Assembly: GCA_938075585.1 (NCBI GenBank)
Contig: CALJHG010000004.1
Location: 9,311-73,310, forward strand
Length of the DNA stretch: 64,000 nt
Direction of reading: 5' to 3'
DNA from: an uncultured Gammaproteobacteria bacterium
GTDB lineage: Bacteria > Pseudomonadota > Gammaproteobacteria > Ga0077536
The notes under the pieces are model-generated. The model was not told where the DNA came from. It ran no database searches and saw only the letters and a list, made by a program, of their open reading frames with translations. Below, in pieces: positions 1 through 10,049 of the stretch. A program made the translations under genes and the position numbers. Within the stretch, counting starts at the first letter, position 1. Each line of letters opens with the position of its first letter.

Positions 1-329
1 CTAGCTATTTCAACTAATCTTTTCGCGATTAGAGGACGAGCTACCGAGGTTCCAAGGAGGTATTCGCCCTCGTAAATTGCATTGGCTCTAAACATTGGGT
101 ACACAAAATCGGATACGAATTCATCGGTGAGATCATCAATATAGATCTCCTTTACCCCCATTTTTTCTGCCTTAGTCCTAGCAGGTTCGAGTTCCTCACC
201 CTGCCCTATATCTGCAGTGAAAGTGACTACTTCACAATTATATGTATCTTCAAGCCATTTAAGTATGACTGAGGTGTCGAGTCCACCCGAGTAGGCTAGG
301 ACAACTTTTTTAACTTTCTTTTTTGGCAT
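1..329 (-). CDS. argG: argininosuccinate synthase, N-terminal part (3' end lies outside the window)
   Basis: Reverse-complement translation from the ATG at 327-329 gives [28 protein letters not shown]...[28 protein letters not shown]. The [10 protein letters not shown]-loop is the type I ArgG signature. Absent from the ORF track because the frame is truncated at the window edge. Confidence 0.85.
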   Translation of the reverse strand, partial: MPKKKVKKVVLAYSGGLDTSVILKWLEDTYNCEVVTFTADIGQGEELEPARTKAEKMGVKEIYIDDLTDEFVSDFVYPMFRANAIYEGEYLLGTSVARPLIAKRLVEIA

Positions 330-397
330 CTGATCTTAGTATCCTTGATATTGGGAAGCGCATTTTGCCTAGCAATTAGCGTAACGTCCACCTTGAG

Positions 398-1135
398 TTA
401 GCATTTTCTATTTTTTTCCTTAACGATGTTCGTCAAAATTCGCACGAATTCTTGCGGTGCTTCAGTATGAGGCCAATGACCGGCACCCGTCACTAGGCAA
501 TGGTTATAACTTGGGAAATTCGAAGCAATACTTGCCTTATTTATATCCGTCACTCGACTGGAGTGCTCCCCAGTAACAAAGTACGAAGGTTTAAGAAAGG
601 TATTTGCAGGGGTGGGTACCCAGCCTACTATTGTCTTTATTTCATTGATTAGCGCGGATATATTTAGTCGCCACTTTAATTTGCCCTCAACGAATATCAA
701 GTTTTGAAGAATAAATTGTCTGGTTGTTTTATCTGTTATTCGAGGGGCTAGATATGAATCTGCTGAGGACCTAGAGCAAAGTTTTTCCTCAGGCATATTA
801 TTCATGGCATTCAAAATATCAGTATAACAATCAGGGTACGCTACCGGTGCTATATCAACAACTATTAACTCGCCAATTAGATCTGGTTCAGATAGTGCCG
901 CCGTCATGGCTACCTTTCCACCCATACTATGCCCGACAAGTGTTAAACCTGCGATACTCAATTTGGTGATTAATGAGTTCACATCATTTGCCATATCTGA
1001 GTAGCTCATCGTAGGCGCATGTGGAGACTTGCCGTGGTTTCTGAGGTCTACCACGAACACTTTGAACTCTTTTGATAATATTTTAGCTATAGCTGACCAG
1101 TTACGCCCAGACCCAAATAGGCCATGAAGAATCAT
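398..1135 (-). CDS. alpha/beta-fold hydrolase (YbfF-like esterase)
   Basis: 245 aa with an HGLFGSG oxyanion region and a GHSMGG nucleophile elbow. Confidence 0.7.
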   Translation of the reverse strand: MILHGLFGSGRNWSAIAKILSKEFKVFVVDLRNHGKSPHAPTMSYSDMANDVNSLITKLSIAGLTLVGHSMGGKVAMTAALSEPDLIGELIVVDIAPVAYPDCYTDILNAMNNMPEEKLCSRSSADSYLAPRITDKTTRQFILQNLIFVEGKLKWRLNISALINEIKTIVGWVPTPANTFLKPSYFVTGEHSSRVTDINKASIASNFPSYNHCLVTGAGHWPHTEAPQEFVRILTNIVKEKNRKC

Positions 1136-1193
1136 AATAGGTTCCCCTTTTCCGCTGCATTCGTAGTACAGGTTAATTGAAGTCTTCCTTTGG

Positions 1194-1655
1194 CTACAAT
1201 AAATGCTTTGGTATAAGCGCTTGATTTAGATACTCGGTAGGCCAAATATCTAGAATTGCGATATCTTCTTCTATTCCTTTCATCACGTCATAGTTACATA
1301 TCGACTCTTTTGACACCCACGCGTAAGCGAAATGTTCTTTATTCAGTATGATATTTCCTGCAGACCATAGATGCTTGAACAGATGAATTTCAAATTGACC
1401 GCCATAATATGTGTCTCTAACCGGACCGATATAGTCAATTTCTTTCACTAAATGGCCGGGACCTATTTCTTCACACATTTCTCTGAGCGCAGCCTCTCTT
1501 GGTGTTTCTCCATTCTCTATTTTCCCTGCCGGAACACCCCATTGACTGGCGCCAAGCGAGGCAGTTTTTGACCTGAGAAGCATTAACAGCTCATCATGCT
1601 CATTCAGCATTAAATTTAATGCAAACCTCTTAGTAGGTGGATAACCATTTTTCAT
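1194..1655 (-). CDS. NUDIX hydrolase
   Basis: Nudix box GETPREAALREMCEEIG. Confidence 0.8.
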   Translation of the reverse strand: MKNGYPPTKRFALNLMLNEHDELLMLLRSKTASLGASQWGVPAGKIENGETPREAALREMCEEIGPGHLVKEIDYIGPVRDTYYGGQFEIHLFKHLWSAGNIILNKEHFAYAWVSKESICNYDVMKGIEEDIAILDIWPTEYLNQALIPKHLL

Positions 1656-1800
1656 TGGCGCTGGCCTAATTTAGCTATATTTACTATAACGGACATCTTC
1701 CGCGTGATTTTTGTACAATCGGTGTATTCCATTTGTATGAATAACACATTCGCTACTATACTGGAATTAAATAGTAAATTAGAACAAATAAGGAATCCTC

Positions 1801-2979
1801 ATGTCTGACGCAGTTATCGTTTCTACAGCGCGTACCCCACTTTGTAAAAGTTGGCGCGGTTCTTTCAATATGACGCACGGCGCTGCCTTGGGTGGACACG
1901 TTGTTAAAAATGCTCTCGAGCGCGCCGGTGTTGGGGGACAGGAGGTTGAAGATGTAATCATGGGTTGTGCGAACCCTGAAGGGGCCACGGGACACAATAT
2001 AGCTCGACAAGTAGCTTTAAGTGCTGGTATGCCCGTCACAGTTTCAGGTATGACTGTGAATAGATTCTGTTCATCTGGTCTGCAAACAGTAGCGCTGGCT
2101 GCACAAAGGATAGTTTCAGGAGAAGCGGACTGCTTCGTGGCGGGTGGCGTGGAATCAATCTCGTGCGTGCAGAACGAAATGAATTCTCATTTTACTCGCG
2201 ATCCCGATTTAGAGGCGGCTAAACCGGAAATATACTGGAGTATGTTGCAGACTGCTGAGCAGGTAGCAAGCCGCTATGATATTTCTCGTGAGCAGCAAGA
2301 TGAGTACGGAGCAAATAGTCAGATCAAGGCTGCTGCCGCAAGAGAAGCTGGTAAGTTTGATGACGAGATAGTTCCTATGACTACCACGATGAAATTAGTC
2401 GATAAAGAGTCGGGCGAGGAGTCGACTAAACAGGTAACAGTGTCGCAGGATGAAGGGATTCGCCCCGGGACTACTTTTGAAAGTATCTCTCAAATTAATC
2501 CTGTATTTGAGGGCGGCTGTATAGCAGCTGGAAACGCGAGTCAGTTTTCTGATGGAGCGTCTGCTCAGGTAGTTATGAGTGATAAGCTCGCCAGTCAAAA
2601 AGGGTTGGTACCGATGGGAGTGTTTCGAGGATTTTCGGTAGCTGGTTGTGAGCCAGATGAAATGGGGATAGGACCTGTTTTTGCGATTCCGAAATTGCTT
2701 AAGCAGACTGGATTAACTATTGATGATATTGATTTGTGGGAGCTGAATGAAGCTTTTGCGTGCCAAGTTATTTATTGTCGTGACAAGCTCGGTATTGATC
2801 CTAACAAGCTTAACGTTAACGGAGGTTCAATAGCTGTAGGTCATCCATACGGTGTGACAGGTAGTCGACTAGTAGGGCATGCTCTGATCGAAGGAAAGCG
2901 TCGGGGAGCTAAATACAGTGTAGTAACTATGTGTATCGGGGGCGGAATGGGCGCAGCAGGTCTGTTTGAAATTTGCTAG
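1801..2979 (+). CDS. acetyl-CoA C-acyltransferase (thiolase)
   Basis: 392 aa. N-terminal STARTP motif, NEAFA, and a C-terminal [12 protein letters not shown] ... CIGGGMG thiolase signature. Confidence 0.9.
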   Translation: MSDAVIVSTARTPLCKSWRGSFNMTHGAALGGHVVKNALERAGVGGQEVEDVIMGCANPEGATGHNIARQVALSAGMPVTVSGMTVNRFCSSGLQTVALAAQRIVSGEADCFVAGGVESISCVQNEMNSHFTRDPDLEAAKPEIYWSMLQTAEQVASRYDISREQQDEYGANSQIKAAAAREAGKFDDEIVPMTTTMKLVDKESGEESTKQVTVSQDEGIRPGTTFESISQINPVFEGGCIAAGNASQFSDGASAQVVMSDKLASQKGLVPMGVFRGFSVAGCEPDEMGIGPVFAIPKLLKQTGLTIDDIDLWELNEAFACQVIYCRDKLGIDPNKLNVNGGSIAVGHPYGVTGSRLVGHALIEGKRRGAKYSVVTMCIGGGMGAAGLFEIC

Positions 2980-3043
2980 GAGTCTTGTTTTTTCTCGCAA
3001 GCGTCGGTCGAGGCTGATTTGCCAAGCGATTTAGGAGCGGTCT

Positions 3044-4375
3044 ATGAGTATTAGTATTGTAAAAAATAGAACTAAAAGTATTTTTCTAGTGCTAGCTTCA
3101 TTTTTTTCTAGCTCGATTTGGGCTGACGTATCATATCAGGATGTGATTGATTGGGTATCAACTGATTCGGGAGAAGTAAGTACTGCTGAAGCCGGGCAAT
3201 ATGGGTATCCAGAACTCGACCAATTGCGACACTTGATTCCTCCTGGATACTTTGGCGAGTTCGATTTTCCAGAGCTTAGTATAGAGATCATGCAAACAAA
3301 TCGTTATCAAGCGCATGAGTTATATTTAAATGCGACTAAGAAATTTTCTGGACAGCCTTTTCTTAGTGAGGGAGGAGAGTTAGAAAATTACACCGCCGGC
3401 ATGCCTTTTAGCCGTGAGCAAATTTTGGAAGAAAGTAGTCAATCTGCGGGTTTGATGGTGGCTTACAACCAGATTCATCGTTGGCAAAACTTCGGCTATA
3501 AAGTTGATAATCTGACTTTTAATGTCGAGCCATCGCCTAATGGTAAGAAAGGGAATTTGGTCGAGTCTGTTATGTTAGGTGGGGGACATGTCGACAGAGA
3601 TTTCACCATGTTTTACCATCGAGTATATCTGTCGAAACTCGCGTCTAAGCCGAAGAATGGTTACGTGCTTGATGTGGATGGTAGTGACGAGTTGCTCTTC
3701 AAGGAATATGTAGGGTTCTCTGCCCCATTCGACATGGCTGGGATGAAGTTTGTGATTGAAAGACCACTGAAGCAAAGTCGTGGTGATCAGGTCAACTCTT
3801 ACCTACCTACGGAGAGAAGAGTAAGGCGGCTTTCTGCTCGGGAAAGGGCTGATAGTTGGGTGGGTACTAACTGGACTTTGGACGACTTCGAAGGCTTTTC
3901 TGGACTGGTTGTGGATAATGATTGGAGTTATGTGGGTCAAAAAGATATTTTACATGTGGCTAGTTCGAAAAATATTACACCGCTTTTGCACGGACCAGAT
4001 AGCCTAATCCCACTTGATCGCTGGCAGATTAGACCCGCATTTGTGGTGGAAGCTATACCAAAGTGGAAGGATCATCCCTACGGAAAGCGGCTGATGTTTG
4101 TCGATCAGGAGACTTACACCATCATGTTGACGATGGTTTTTTCTCGGGACGGTAGCCTCTGGAAATTATTTACCACGCAGTATCAATACAGTGATGACGT
4201 CGTCAGTCCGAGTCCCGCTCTATCTACCCCTAGATGGAGAAGCTCCGTTGCGATAAATATCCGAGATCGGAATGGTAGTGTCGGGGCCGCTACTGGACCT
4301 TCCGAGTATGTGGAGATTAAGCCTTCCAAAGTGCGTCGACTTTTCGATGTCTCTAACTTGACCAGCGGTCGATAA
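3044..4375 (+). CDS. secreted protein, possibly DUF1329 family (LolA-like fold)
   Basis: 443 aa with an N-terminal signal peptide (LVLASFFSSSIWA). Length and the RRLSARERAD...TLDDFEGFSG region resemble DUF1329 proteins. The family assignment is from memory only. Confidence 0.4.
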   Translation: MSISIVKNRTKSIFLVLASFFSSSIWADVSYQDVIDWVSTDSGEVSTAEAGQYGYPELDQLRHLIPPGYFGEFDFPELSIEIMQTNRYQAHELYLNATKKFSGQPFLSEGGELENYTAGMPFSREQILEESSQSAGLMVAYNQIHRWQNFGYKVDNLTFNVEPSPNGKKGNLVESVMLGGGHVDRDFTMFYHRVYLSKLASKPKNGYVLDVDGSDELLFKEYVGFSAPFDMAGMKFVIERPLKQSRGDQVNSYLPTERRVRRLSARERADSWVGTNWTLDDFEGFSGLVVDNDWSYVGQKDILHVASSKNITPLLHGPDSLIPLDRWQIRPAFVVEAIPKWKDHPYGKRLMFVDQETYTIMLTMVFSRDGSLWKLFTTQYQYSDDVVSPSPALSTPRWRSSVAINIRDRNGSVGAATGPSEYVEIKPSKVRRLFDVSNLTSGR

Positions 4376-4403
4376 CTTTTTTATCAGAAGCTAAGGATTT
4401 GGT

Positions 4404-5126
4404 ATGCAAGTAGCTATTATTATGGGGGTGGGGCCGGATAGAGGAATGGGTGCACAGTTGTGTCATCGGTTTGCCCAGAATGACCTACATATAGTGGTTG
4501 CGGGAAGAACCATGAGCAAATTAGAACAAGTTGCGAACAATATTGTAGCTGGGGGCGGCAGCGCCACGCCGATAGTGGCAGATACTACCAGTGAACTCGA
4601 CGTCGCTAATCTTTTCGAACAAGCTAGTAGAATCGGAGACTTGTCGTTGGCACTATACAACGCTGGGAATAATACCCCAGGTCGTATCGATGAAATGACT
4701 GTTGAGTATTTTGAGGAAGCGTGGCGAGTATGCTGTTTGGGTGGGTTCATTTTTGCTAGGGAGGCGCTAAAGTATATGAAACCGAAAGAGCAGGGAGCGA
4801 TACTCTTTACCGGGGCAAGCGCCTCGTTACGTGGCCGAGCAAATTTTGGAGCTTTTAATTCATCCAAATCTGCGCTGCGCGGGTTTGCGCAAGCACTTGC
4901 TAAGGAGTATGGGATTAATGGGATTCACGTCGGACACGTGGTGATCGATGGCGCGATTAATGGTGAAAAAGTCTTAACAAGATATCCAGATATAGCAGAG
5001 CAACTGGGTCAGGAAAGACTGTTGCAGATAGAATCGATCGTCGACGCCTTTGAATATTTGTGGAGGCAACCTAAGAGTGGTTGGACTTTTGAGGTTGACG
5101 TGCGGACCGCCGCGGAGCCTTGGTAA
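4404..5126 (+). CDS. short-chain dehydrogenase/reductase (SDR)
   Basis: N-terminal Rossmann glycine motif, NAG-like YNAGNN, and the catalytic FNSSKSALRG YxxxK region. Confidence 0.8.
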   Translation: MQVAIIMGVGPDRGMGAQLCHRFAQNDLHIVVAGRTMSKLEQVANNIVAGGGSATPIVADTTSELDVANLFEQASRIGDLSLALYNAGNNTPGRIDEMTVEYFEEAWRVCCLGGFIFAREALKYMKPKEQGAILFTGASASLRGRANFGAFNSSKSALRGFAQALAKEYGINGIHVGHVVIDGAINGEKVLTRYPDIAEQLGQERLLQIESIVDAFEYLWRQPKSGWTFEVDVRTAAEPW

Positions 5127-5178
5127 GCGCGAGCATCAATAGAAAACACCAAACTATTAAATAGGGAGCGATAAAAAA

Positions 5179-5628
5179 ATGGGATTACCTCAGGATATTA
5201 CTCCAGTTAATTCTGAGCTGATGGATACGCTTGTTCATGCGGCTCAGATGGACTGGATGCCACAGTTTGATGAACGCTCATTTATAAAAATTTTATGGAC
5301 CGGTTCGGAATCCGGAAGTTGGGCGGTAATTTTCCGTTGGTTAAAAGGATTTACCGCACCTCAGCACAAACACTTATCTGCGTCTCATACCTATATTCTG
5401 TCCGGTAAACTTCAAGTTCGGGATGGTACGTTAGATGCAGGGGACTATGTGTACGAGCCTAACGGAATGTTGCACGGTGCAACAACGGCTTTGGAAGACA
5501 CAGAATATCTATTCATTTGTAACGGATCTATTTTGTTTTATGACGATAATGGGTTTACTTCCTATTTAGGCTGGGAAGAGTTGGCTCGTATGAAGCATGA
5601 CCACGAGAGTAAACTTAAGAAAGCATAA
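5179..5628 (+). CDS. cupin-domain protein (ChrR C-terminal / DAD-like)
   Basis: 149 aa with a cupin-like pattern of His residues and beta-rich composition. Confidence 0.45.
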   Translation: MGLPQDITPVNSELMDTLVHAAQMDWMPQFDERSFIKILWTGSESGSWAVIFRWLKGFTAPQHKHLSASHTYILSGKLQVRDGTLDAGDYVYEPNGMLHGATTALEDTEYLFICNGSILFYDDNGFTSYLGWEELARMKHDHESKLKKA

Positions 5629-5710
5629 ACCTGTCTAATAAATGTGCTTTATTATTTTATGGTTAATCGCCAGACGTGCTTCGAGTATCGGTCATTTTTC
5701 TTGAGGAAGT

Positions 5711-6817
5711 ATGGAAACTCTTTATAACGTCGATGCCTCTTATTATGGGGCAAAAATCCGATCATACCTACAATATAAGGGTATACCCTTTACTGAGGTC
5801 TTGGGGGACAGAGTTGTGTTCTCGACTAAAATTTTACCCAATGTAGGGTGGCCAGTGATTCCGGTGATTCTGACAGAGTGTGGTAAGACGCTCCAAGATA
5901 CATCCGACATGATTGACCACTATGAGCTTGTCTATTCGGGAAAATCGGTGCTTCCCGAGACGGCGTCTGGTAAGGCGTTGAGTTATTGGTTAGAACTTAT
6001 TGGCGATGAATGGCTTAAGTTACCGGCGCTACACTATCGTTGGAGATATAATAGTGACTTTGCGGTACGTGAAATGGGACGGAATAATGATCCGTCTGCG
6101 ACAGCCGATGAACAGTTTCGGGTAGGAAAAAAAATAGCGAAAACTTTTCAAGATTGGTGCCCCATATACGGGATTACAGAGCATACCGGCTTATCTATAG
6201 AGACTGAGTATCTCATATTTTTGCAGCTCTTTGAAAAGCATCTCTCGGCATTTCCTTATTTGCTTGGTGGCCAGCCGTCCTTAGGTGATTTCGCATTTTT
6301 TGGTCCACTTTATGCCCATTTATACCGAGATCCTGCGTCTGGAGATTTAATGCGTGAGGCTGCTCCTGGAGTATGTGATTGGGTAATACGAATGAACAGT
6401 TTTAACTTACAACAACCGAGCGAAGGATGCGGTTGGGTTGATTTCGAGTCAATTCCTGACACGCTATCCCATTTACTGAACCATTTGTCGAGAGACTTCG
6501 TACCAGTGATTGCTGAAGAAGTGCAAGCTTTGCAATTGTGGCTCCAAAGTAGTAGCGACGTCATAATGCCGAGATATTTTGGCGATGGGGATTTCGTGAT
6601 AGGAGCCGGCGGTCCCCACGAAGTGAGCGAAAAGCGGAGACTCACCACATATGGGCAGTGGATGATGCAAAGAGTGTTGAACGTTTTTGAAAACTCTGGT
6701 GACACGGAGAGAAAAAAAATAACTCGTTTGTTTTCATGCTTCGGTGCGTGTAGGGTGCTCGATATCGTCATCTCTATTAAGTTAGGAAAGCGGAATTTCC
6801 AATTAGTTAGGGAATAG
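5711..6817 (+). CDS. glutathione S-transferase-like protein
   Basis: The N-terminus LYNVDASYYGAKIRSYLQYKGIPFTEV resembles a GST_N thioredoxin-like domain, followed by a long helical C-terminal domain. Confidence 0.45.
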   Translation: METLYNVDASYYGAKIRSYLQYKGIPFTEVLGDRVVFSTKILPNVGWPVIPVILTECGKTLQDTSDMIDHYELVYSGKSVLPETASGKALSYWLELIGDEWLKLPALHYRWRYNSDFAVREMGRNNDPSATADEQFRVGKKIAKTFQDWCPIYGITEHTGLSIETEYLIFLQLFEKHLSAFPYLLGGQPSLGDFAFFGPLYAHLYRDPASGDLMREAAPGVCDWVIRMNSFNLQQPSEGCGWVDFESIPDTLSHLLNHLSRDFVPVIAEEVQALQLWLQSSSDVIMPRYFGDGDFVIGAGGPHEVSEKRRLTTYGQWMMQRVLNVFENSGDTERKKITRLFSCFGACRVLDIVISIKLGKRNFQLVRE

Positions 6818-6868
6818 AACTTTAGAGTGCTTTAATTACTGAAAATATTATTAAGATAAGGTGTACCT

Positions 6869-7792
6869 ATGTCTATGTCAGATGGTCTTAAGCAAAGACT
6901 CGATAACATTATAAACAGCGAAAAAATTGTTTTATTCATGAAGGGGGATCGTAACGGACCTCAATGTGGATTTTCGGCGCGTGTCGTTGGGGTTTTGGAA
7001 GAGTTGACTGATAATTACAAAACTATCGATGTGCTCTCTGATCCGGATATTAGGAATGGAATTAAGGAATATTCCGAGTGGCCCACTATTCCTCAGTTGT
7101 ACATCGAAGGAGACTTTGTGGGTGGCTGCGATGTTGTTGAGCAACTTTCCAAAACTGGTGATTTAGTGAAATTGATAGGAGAAGGAGAACCTCTGTCGCT
7201 TCCAACGATCGTGATTACTGATTCTGCTGCAGAATCTATAAGAGACGTTTGTAAGCAGCACCCCGATCTGAATGTTCATTTAAACATCACGGATGATTGG
7301 GTTCATGAATTCAACCTGGCGCCTAATTCTGGTCATGAGATAGCAGTAGTAAATAATGGGATAGAGTTATTACTTAATCGCTCCACAGCTAAAAAAACTG
7401 ATGGGCTACGAATTGATATGGAACAGACATCTGAAGGAAGCGTCTTTAGCATTACAAATCCAAATGCGCCCCCTATGGTATCTCAAATGAATGTGCATGA
7501 ATTAAAACAGCTTCAAGAGTCTGGCGATACATTTTATCTTTTTGATGTCAGAGAACAAAGTGAGAGAGATATTGCACTTATTGTTGGCTCTCGGCTCTTA
7601 AGCGAGGAGAATATAAAATTTATTGATACATTGGACCGTAACTCGATTATGATTTTCCATTGTCATACTGGGGTACGCAGTCAGTCGGCGGCTGAGTACT
7701 TCAGAGATCAAGGTTTTACGCGAGTCTATAACTTATCCGGTGGCATAGATGCGTGGTCCGTAGAGATAGATGCTGAGGTAGCTCGATATTAA
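6869..7792 (+). CDS. monothiol glutaredoxin (Grx4, CGFS) fused to a cysteine-less IscA/HesB-like domain and a rhodanese domain
   Basis: Grx4 CGFS motif near the N-terminus (KIVLFMKGDRNGPQCGFSARVVGVL). The middle region TIVITDSAAESI...SITNPNAPP aligns with IscA (ITLSDSAA...KFTNPN) but lacks the three Cys ligands. The C-terminal rhodanese domain carries the active-site CHTGVRS. Confidence 0.75.
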   Translation: MSMSDGLKQRLDNIINSEKIVLFMKGDRNGPQCGFSARVVGVLEELTDNYKTIDVLSDPDIRNGIKEYSEWPTIPQLYIEGDFVGGCDVVEQLSKTGDLVKLIGEGEPLSLPTIVITDSAAESIRDVCKQHPDLNVHLNITDDWVHEFNLAPNSGHEIAVVNNGIELLLNRSTAKKTDGLRIDMEQTSEGSVFSITNPNAPPMVSQMNVHELKQLQESGDTFYLFDVREQSERDIALIVGSRLLSEENIKFIDTLDRNSIMIFHCHTGVRSQSAAEYFRDQGFTRVYNLSGGIDAWSVEIDAEVARY

Positions 7793-7861
7793 GCACGCAT
7801 TTCCTATGAATGCGTAAATTTTTAGAGCGAATAGAGACTTATTTTTTGGCTGATAGACTTT

Positions 7862-8383
7862 TTAGCCTTCGCATGGTTCTTGTCTTTTGCACACCCGGCC
7901 ATTTGCGTAAATGGTTTTTATAAAGTCGTCTCCTGAGAAGTAGCGTTGGCTTAACTCAGGCTCAGTAGCATTTTCAATCTCATTGACAAAACACGTATAT
8001 TCGTCCTCTTGTGTCTCACAAGAAAAATAAATAGTGTTAAATTTCTCTGAATTTGATGAGAGGACATAACCTTTAGAGCTTTTATCCCAACTTTTTACGA
8101 AACGCTCGCGGTGACATTCACATGCGAAACTACGCTCTGCATATTCGATTAATTTTCCGACCGTCATTTTAGGCACTTGATCTGTGTAGTCAGTATTTAC
8201 AATCCTAGCTGAAAGTAACGCTCGAGGGGTTGATTGGGTAGCCTTATTTTTCATTAGTGTGATTTCAGGCATTTTAGGAAGAGAAATAGAAGGTACCGTC
8301 ACACTAGAACAGCCGCTTAGGATTGTTATTACGAGCAGGAGCTTAGGAAACAAGCAGCAGCCAGTGTGCCATGATTTATTCAT
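7862..8383 (-). CDS. cysteine-rich lipoprotein, function unknown
   Basis: Signal peptide with lipobox LSGCSS. 173 aa. Its start codon directly abuts the TAG stop of the upstream gene. Confidence 0.5.
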   Translation of the reverse strand: MNKSWHTGCCLFPKLLLVITILSGCSSVTVPSISLPKMPEITLMKNKATQSTPRALLSARIVNTDYTDQVPKMTVGKLIEYAERSFACECHRERFVKSWDKSSKGYVLSSNSEKFNTIYFSCETQEDEYTCFVNEIENATEPELSQRYFSGDDFIKTIYANGRVCKRQEPCEG

Positions 8384-9274
8384 CTAACTACCATCCGTTA
8401 AAGTCTCCGAGAACTTTTTTCTTTCTAGTTGGAACTCAATACGAGCCATTATCAATTTGAGGATCTTTTTAACATGCCGCTCAAGCACGGATCCCTCACA
8501 ATAATCTGCGGGAGCATAAAAATCGATACGATTAGCATCTGCTAGAGTTTTACAGGCTTCCATTGATTTGTTTGCATCTTGACATTCCTCTTTATGAACT
8601 GCCACTGCGAACCCACCGTATTTCTTAACTACAGTCATACATGGCACATCTGTAAGTCCATCACCTAGGTAAAGCATGTTTTGGAACGGTATAGCACGTT
8701 CATTTTCGGGCATGTATTCATTCACAGTTTCTAGCGCGCCTTCTCTACCTTTATTTATTTTAAAGAGATAATGTGTTTTTGCGGTGTCGTTAATTACTAC
8801 AGTGGGGAAGCGTGCTACCTCATGATGGTCAAAATAGTATTGTGAAGCATAAATTTGTGAAAAATGTCTTTTTATACTTACCCCTTCAAGAATCTCATGC
8901 AGTCCTGCCGAGACGATATAATGTTTTATTTCGATTTGTCCTTCTGACGCGGTTTTAACATATTTATTAATGCGCTCGAACCAGTCGAAAACCCCAGGAT
9001 AATACTTGATTTCTTTTGCAAGATTGCGCAATGCGTCCCTGCTTAGGTGCGCTTTATTTGCTTCTATTTGCTCAACCAAGAGACGCATATAGGTTAATAT
9101 AGGGTCTGCGCCAGTATTTTTTACTTCTTCGTCTACTTGATCCCAAAATTGTTTTGGCTTGATGCCAAGCTCGGGAAGCACAGTGTATTCTTGCATAGGC
9201 TCAGGAGTGAGCGTTCCGTCAAAGTCGTATACTAACGCTATCACATTTTGTTTAAACTTAGTCGTTTTTTTCAT
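8384..9274 (-). CDS. HAD-superfamily hydrolase
   Basis: HAD motif I VYDFDGTLT, 296 aa. Confidence 0.65.
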   Translation of the reverse strand: MKKTTKFKQNVIALVYDFDGTLTPEPMQEYTVLPELGIKPKQFWDQVDEEVKNTGADPILTYMRLLVEQIEANKAHLSRDALRNLAKEIKYYPGVFDWFERINKYVKTASEGQIEIKHYIVSAGLHEILEGVSIKRHFSQIYASQYYFDHHEVARFPTVVINDTAKTHYLFKINKGREGALETVNEYMPENERAIPFQNMLYLGDGLTDVPCMTVVKKYGGFAVAVHKEECQDANKSMEACKTLADANRIDFYAPADYCEGSVLERHVKKILKLIMARIEFQLERKKFSETLTDGS

Positions 9275-9353
9275 TGCTTAAGATATCCACACCAATATTC
9301 CTACACGGCTCACTAAAGCTCTGATTTTTTATAGAATGTTTTAGCTTGAAGCA

Positions 9354-10025
9354 TCATATTCCGCATGTAATTAATTCTAGCACAAGGTCGGCCGCATCGA
9401 CGGTTGAAGCAACAATATGCTCAGGTAGTTTTCTGATGTCGGAGTTTGGCGCTACCAAGTCTGGGATCATAATCACATGTAATCCTGCCGATACTGCCGA
9501 CTTTACCCCAATCTCTGAATCTTCTAAAGCGATGCATTGGTTAGTCGGCACGTTGATTTTCCTAGCAGCATAGCGATATATATCAGGAGCAGGTTTGCCG
9601 TTTTGAACGTTATCGCCTCCCACAATGGTGTCAAAATAAGTCAGTAAATTAGTTGTCCGTAGTGATTCGATGGCGTGCTCGCGAACGGTGGAGGTCGCGA
9701 CTGCCATCGGGACAGACTCTTTTTTAAGCACTCCTAATAATGTCTCGATGCCAGGGTTAGCCACTAATTTGCCCGATTCTACTTTTCTTCCCCATCGTTT
9801 TTTGTACTCTTCATAGAATGCTTCCATCGGGAATGTTGCTCCCATACTGCGACGAATAGCATCTTTTAGCTGGACTGATGGCAGGCCCATCCATGTGACG
9901 TATGTCGCATCTGATATTGAAAATCCTAGCTTGGCTGCAGCTTCCTGCGCACATGCTCTGATCATAGGTTCCGAATTAATTAGAACTCCATCCATGTCAA
10001 AAACTACGCCCCGTAAAATTTTCAT
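9354..10025 (-). CDS. HAD-family phosphatase (beta-phosphoglucomutase-like subfamily)
   Basis: VVFDMDGVLINSEP motif I, and a GLHVIMIPD motif IV region. Confidence 0.8.
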   Translation of the reverse strand: MKILRGVVFDMDGVLINSEPMIRACAQEAAAKLGFSISDATYVTWMGLPSVQLKDAIRRSMGATFPMEAFYEEYKKRWGRKVESGKLVANPGIETLLGVLKKESVPMAVATSTVREHAIESLRTTNLLTYFDTIVGGDNVQNGKPAPDIYRYAARKINVPTNQCIALEDSEIGVKSAVSAGLHVIMIPDLVAPNSDIRKLPEHIVASTVDAADLVLELITCGI

Positions 10026-10049
10026 ATTCGACAGTTTATTCTCTTGTAT

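Noticed and set aside
4463-4867. Antisense ORFs inside well-supported genes: 4463..4867, 6310..6771, 16960..17322, 25557..25874, 36218..36520, 52938..53204, 62851..63270, and many shorter ones in the track.
   Set aside because: Each lies entirely within, and antisense to, a gene with clear family motifs. None has motifs of its own.
8381-8386. Stop of the HAD hydrolase immediately followed in frame by the ATG of the lipoprotein gene. Considered as a possible read-through or recoding site like the two TGA cases.
   Set aside because: The stop is TAG, not TGA. The downstream ORF begins with its own signal peptide and lipobox, so these are two tightly packed genes.
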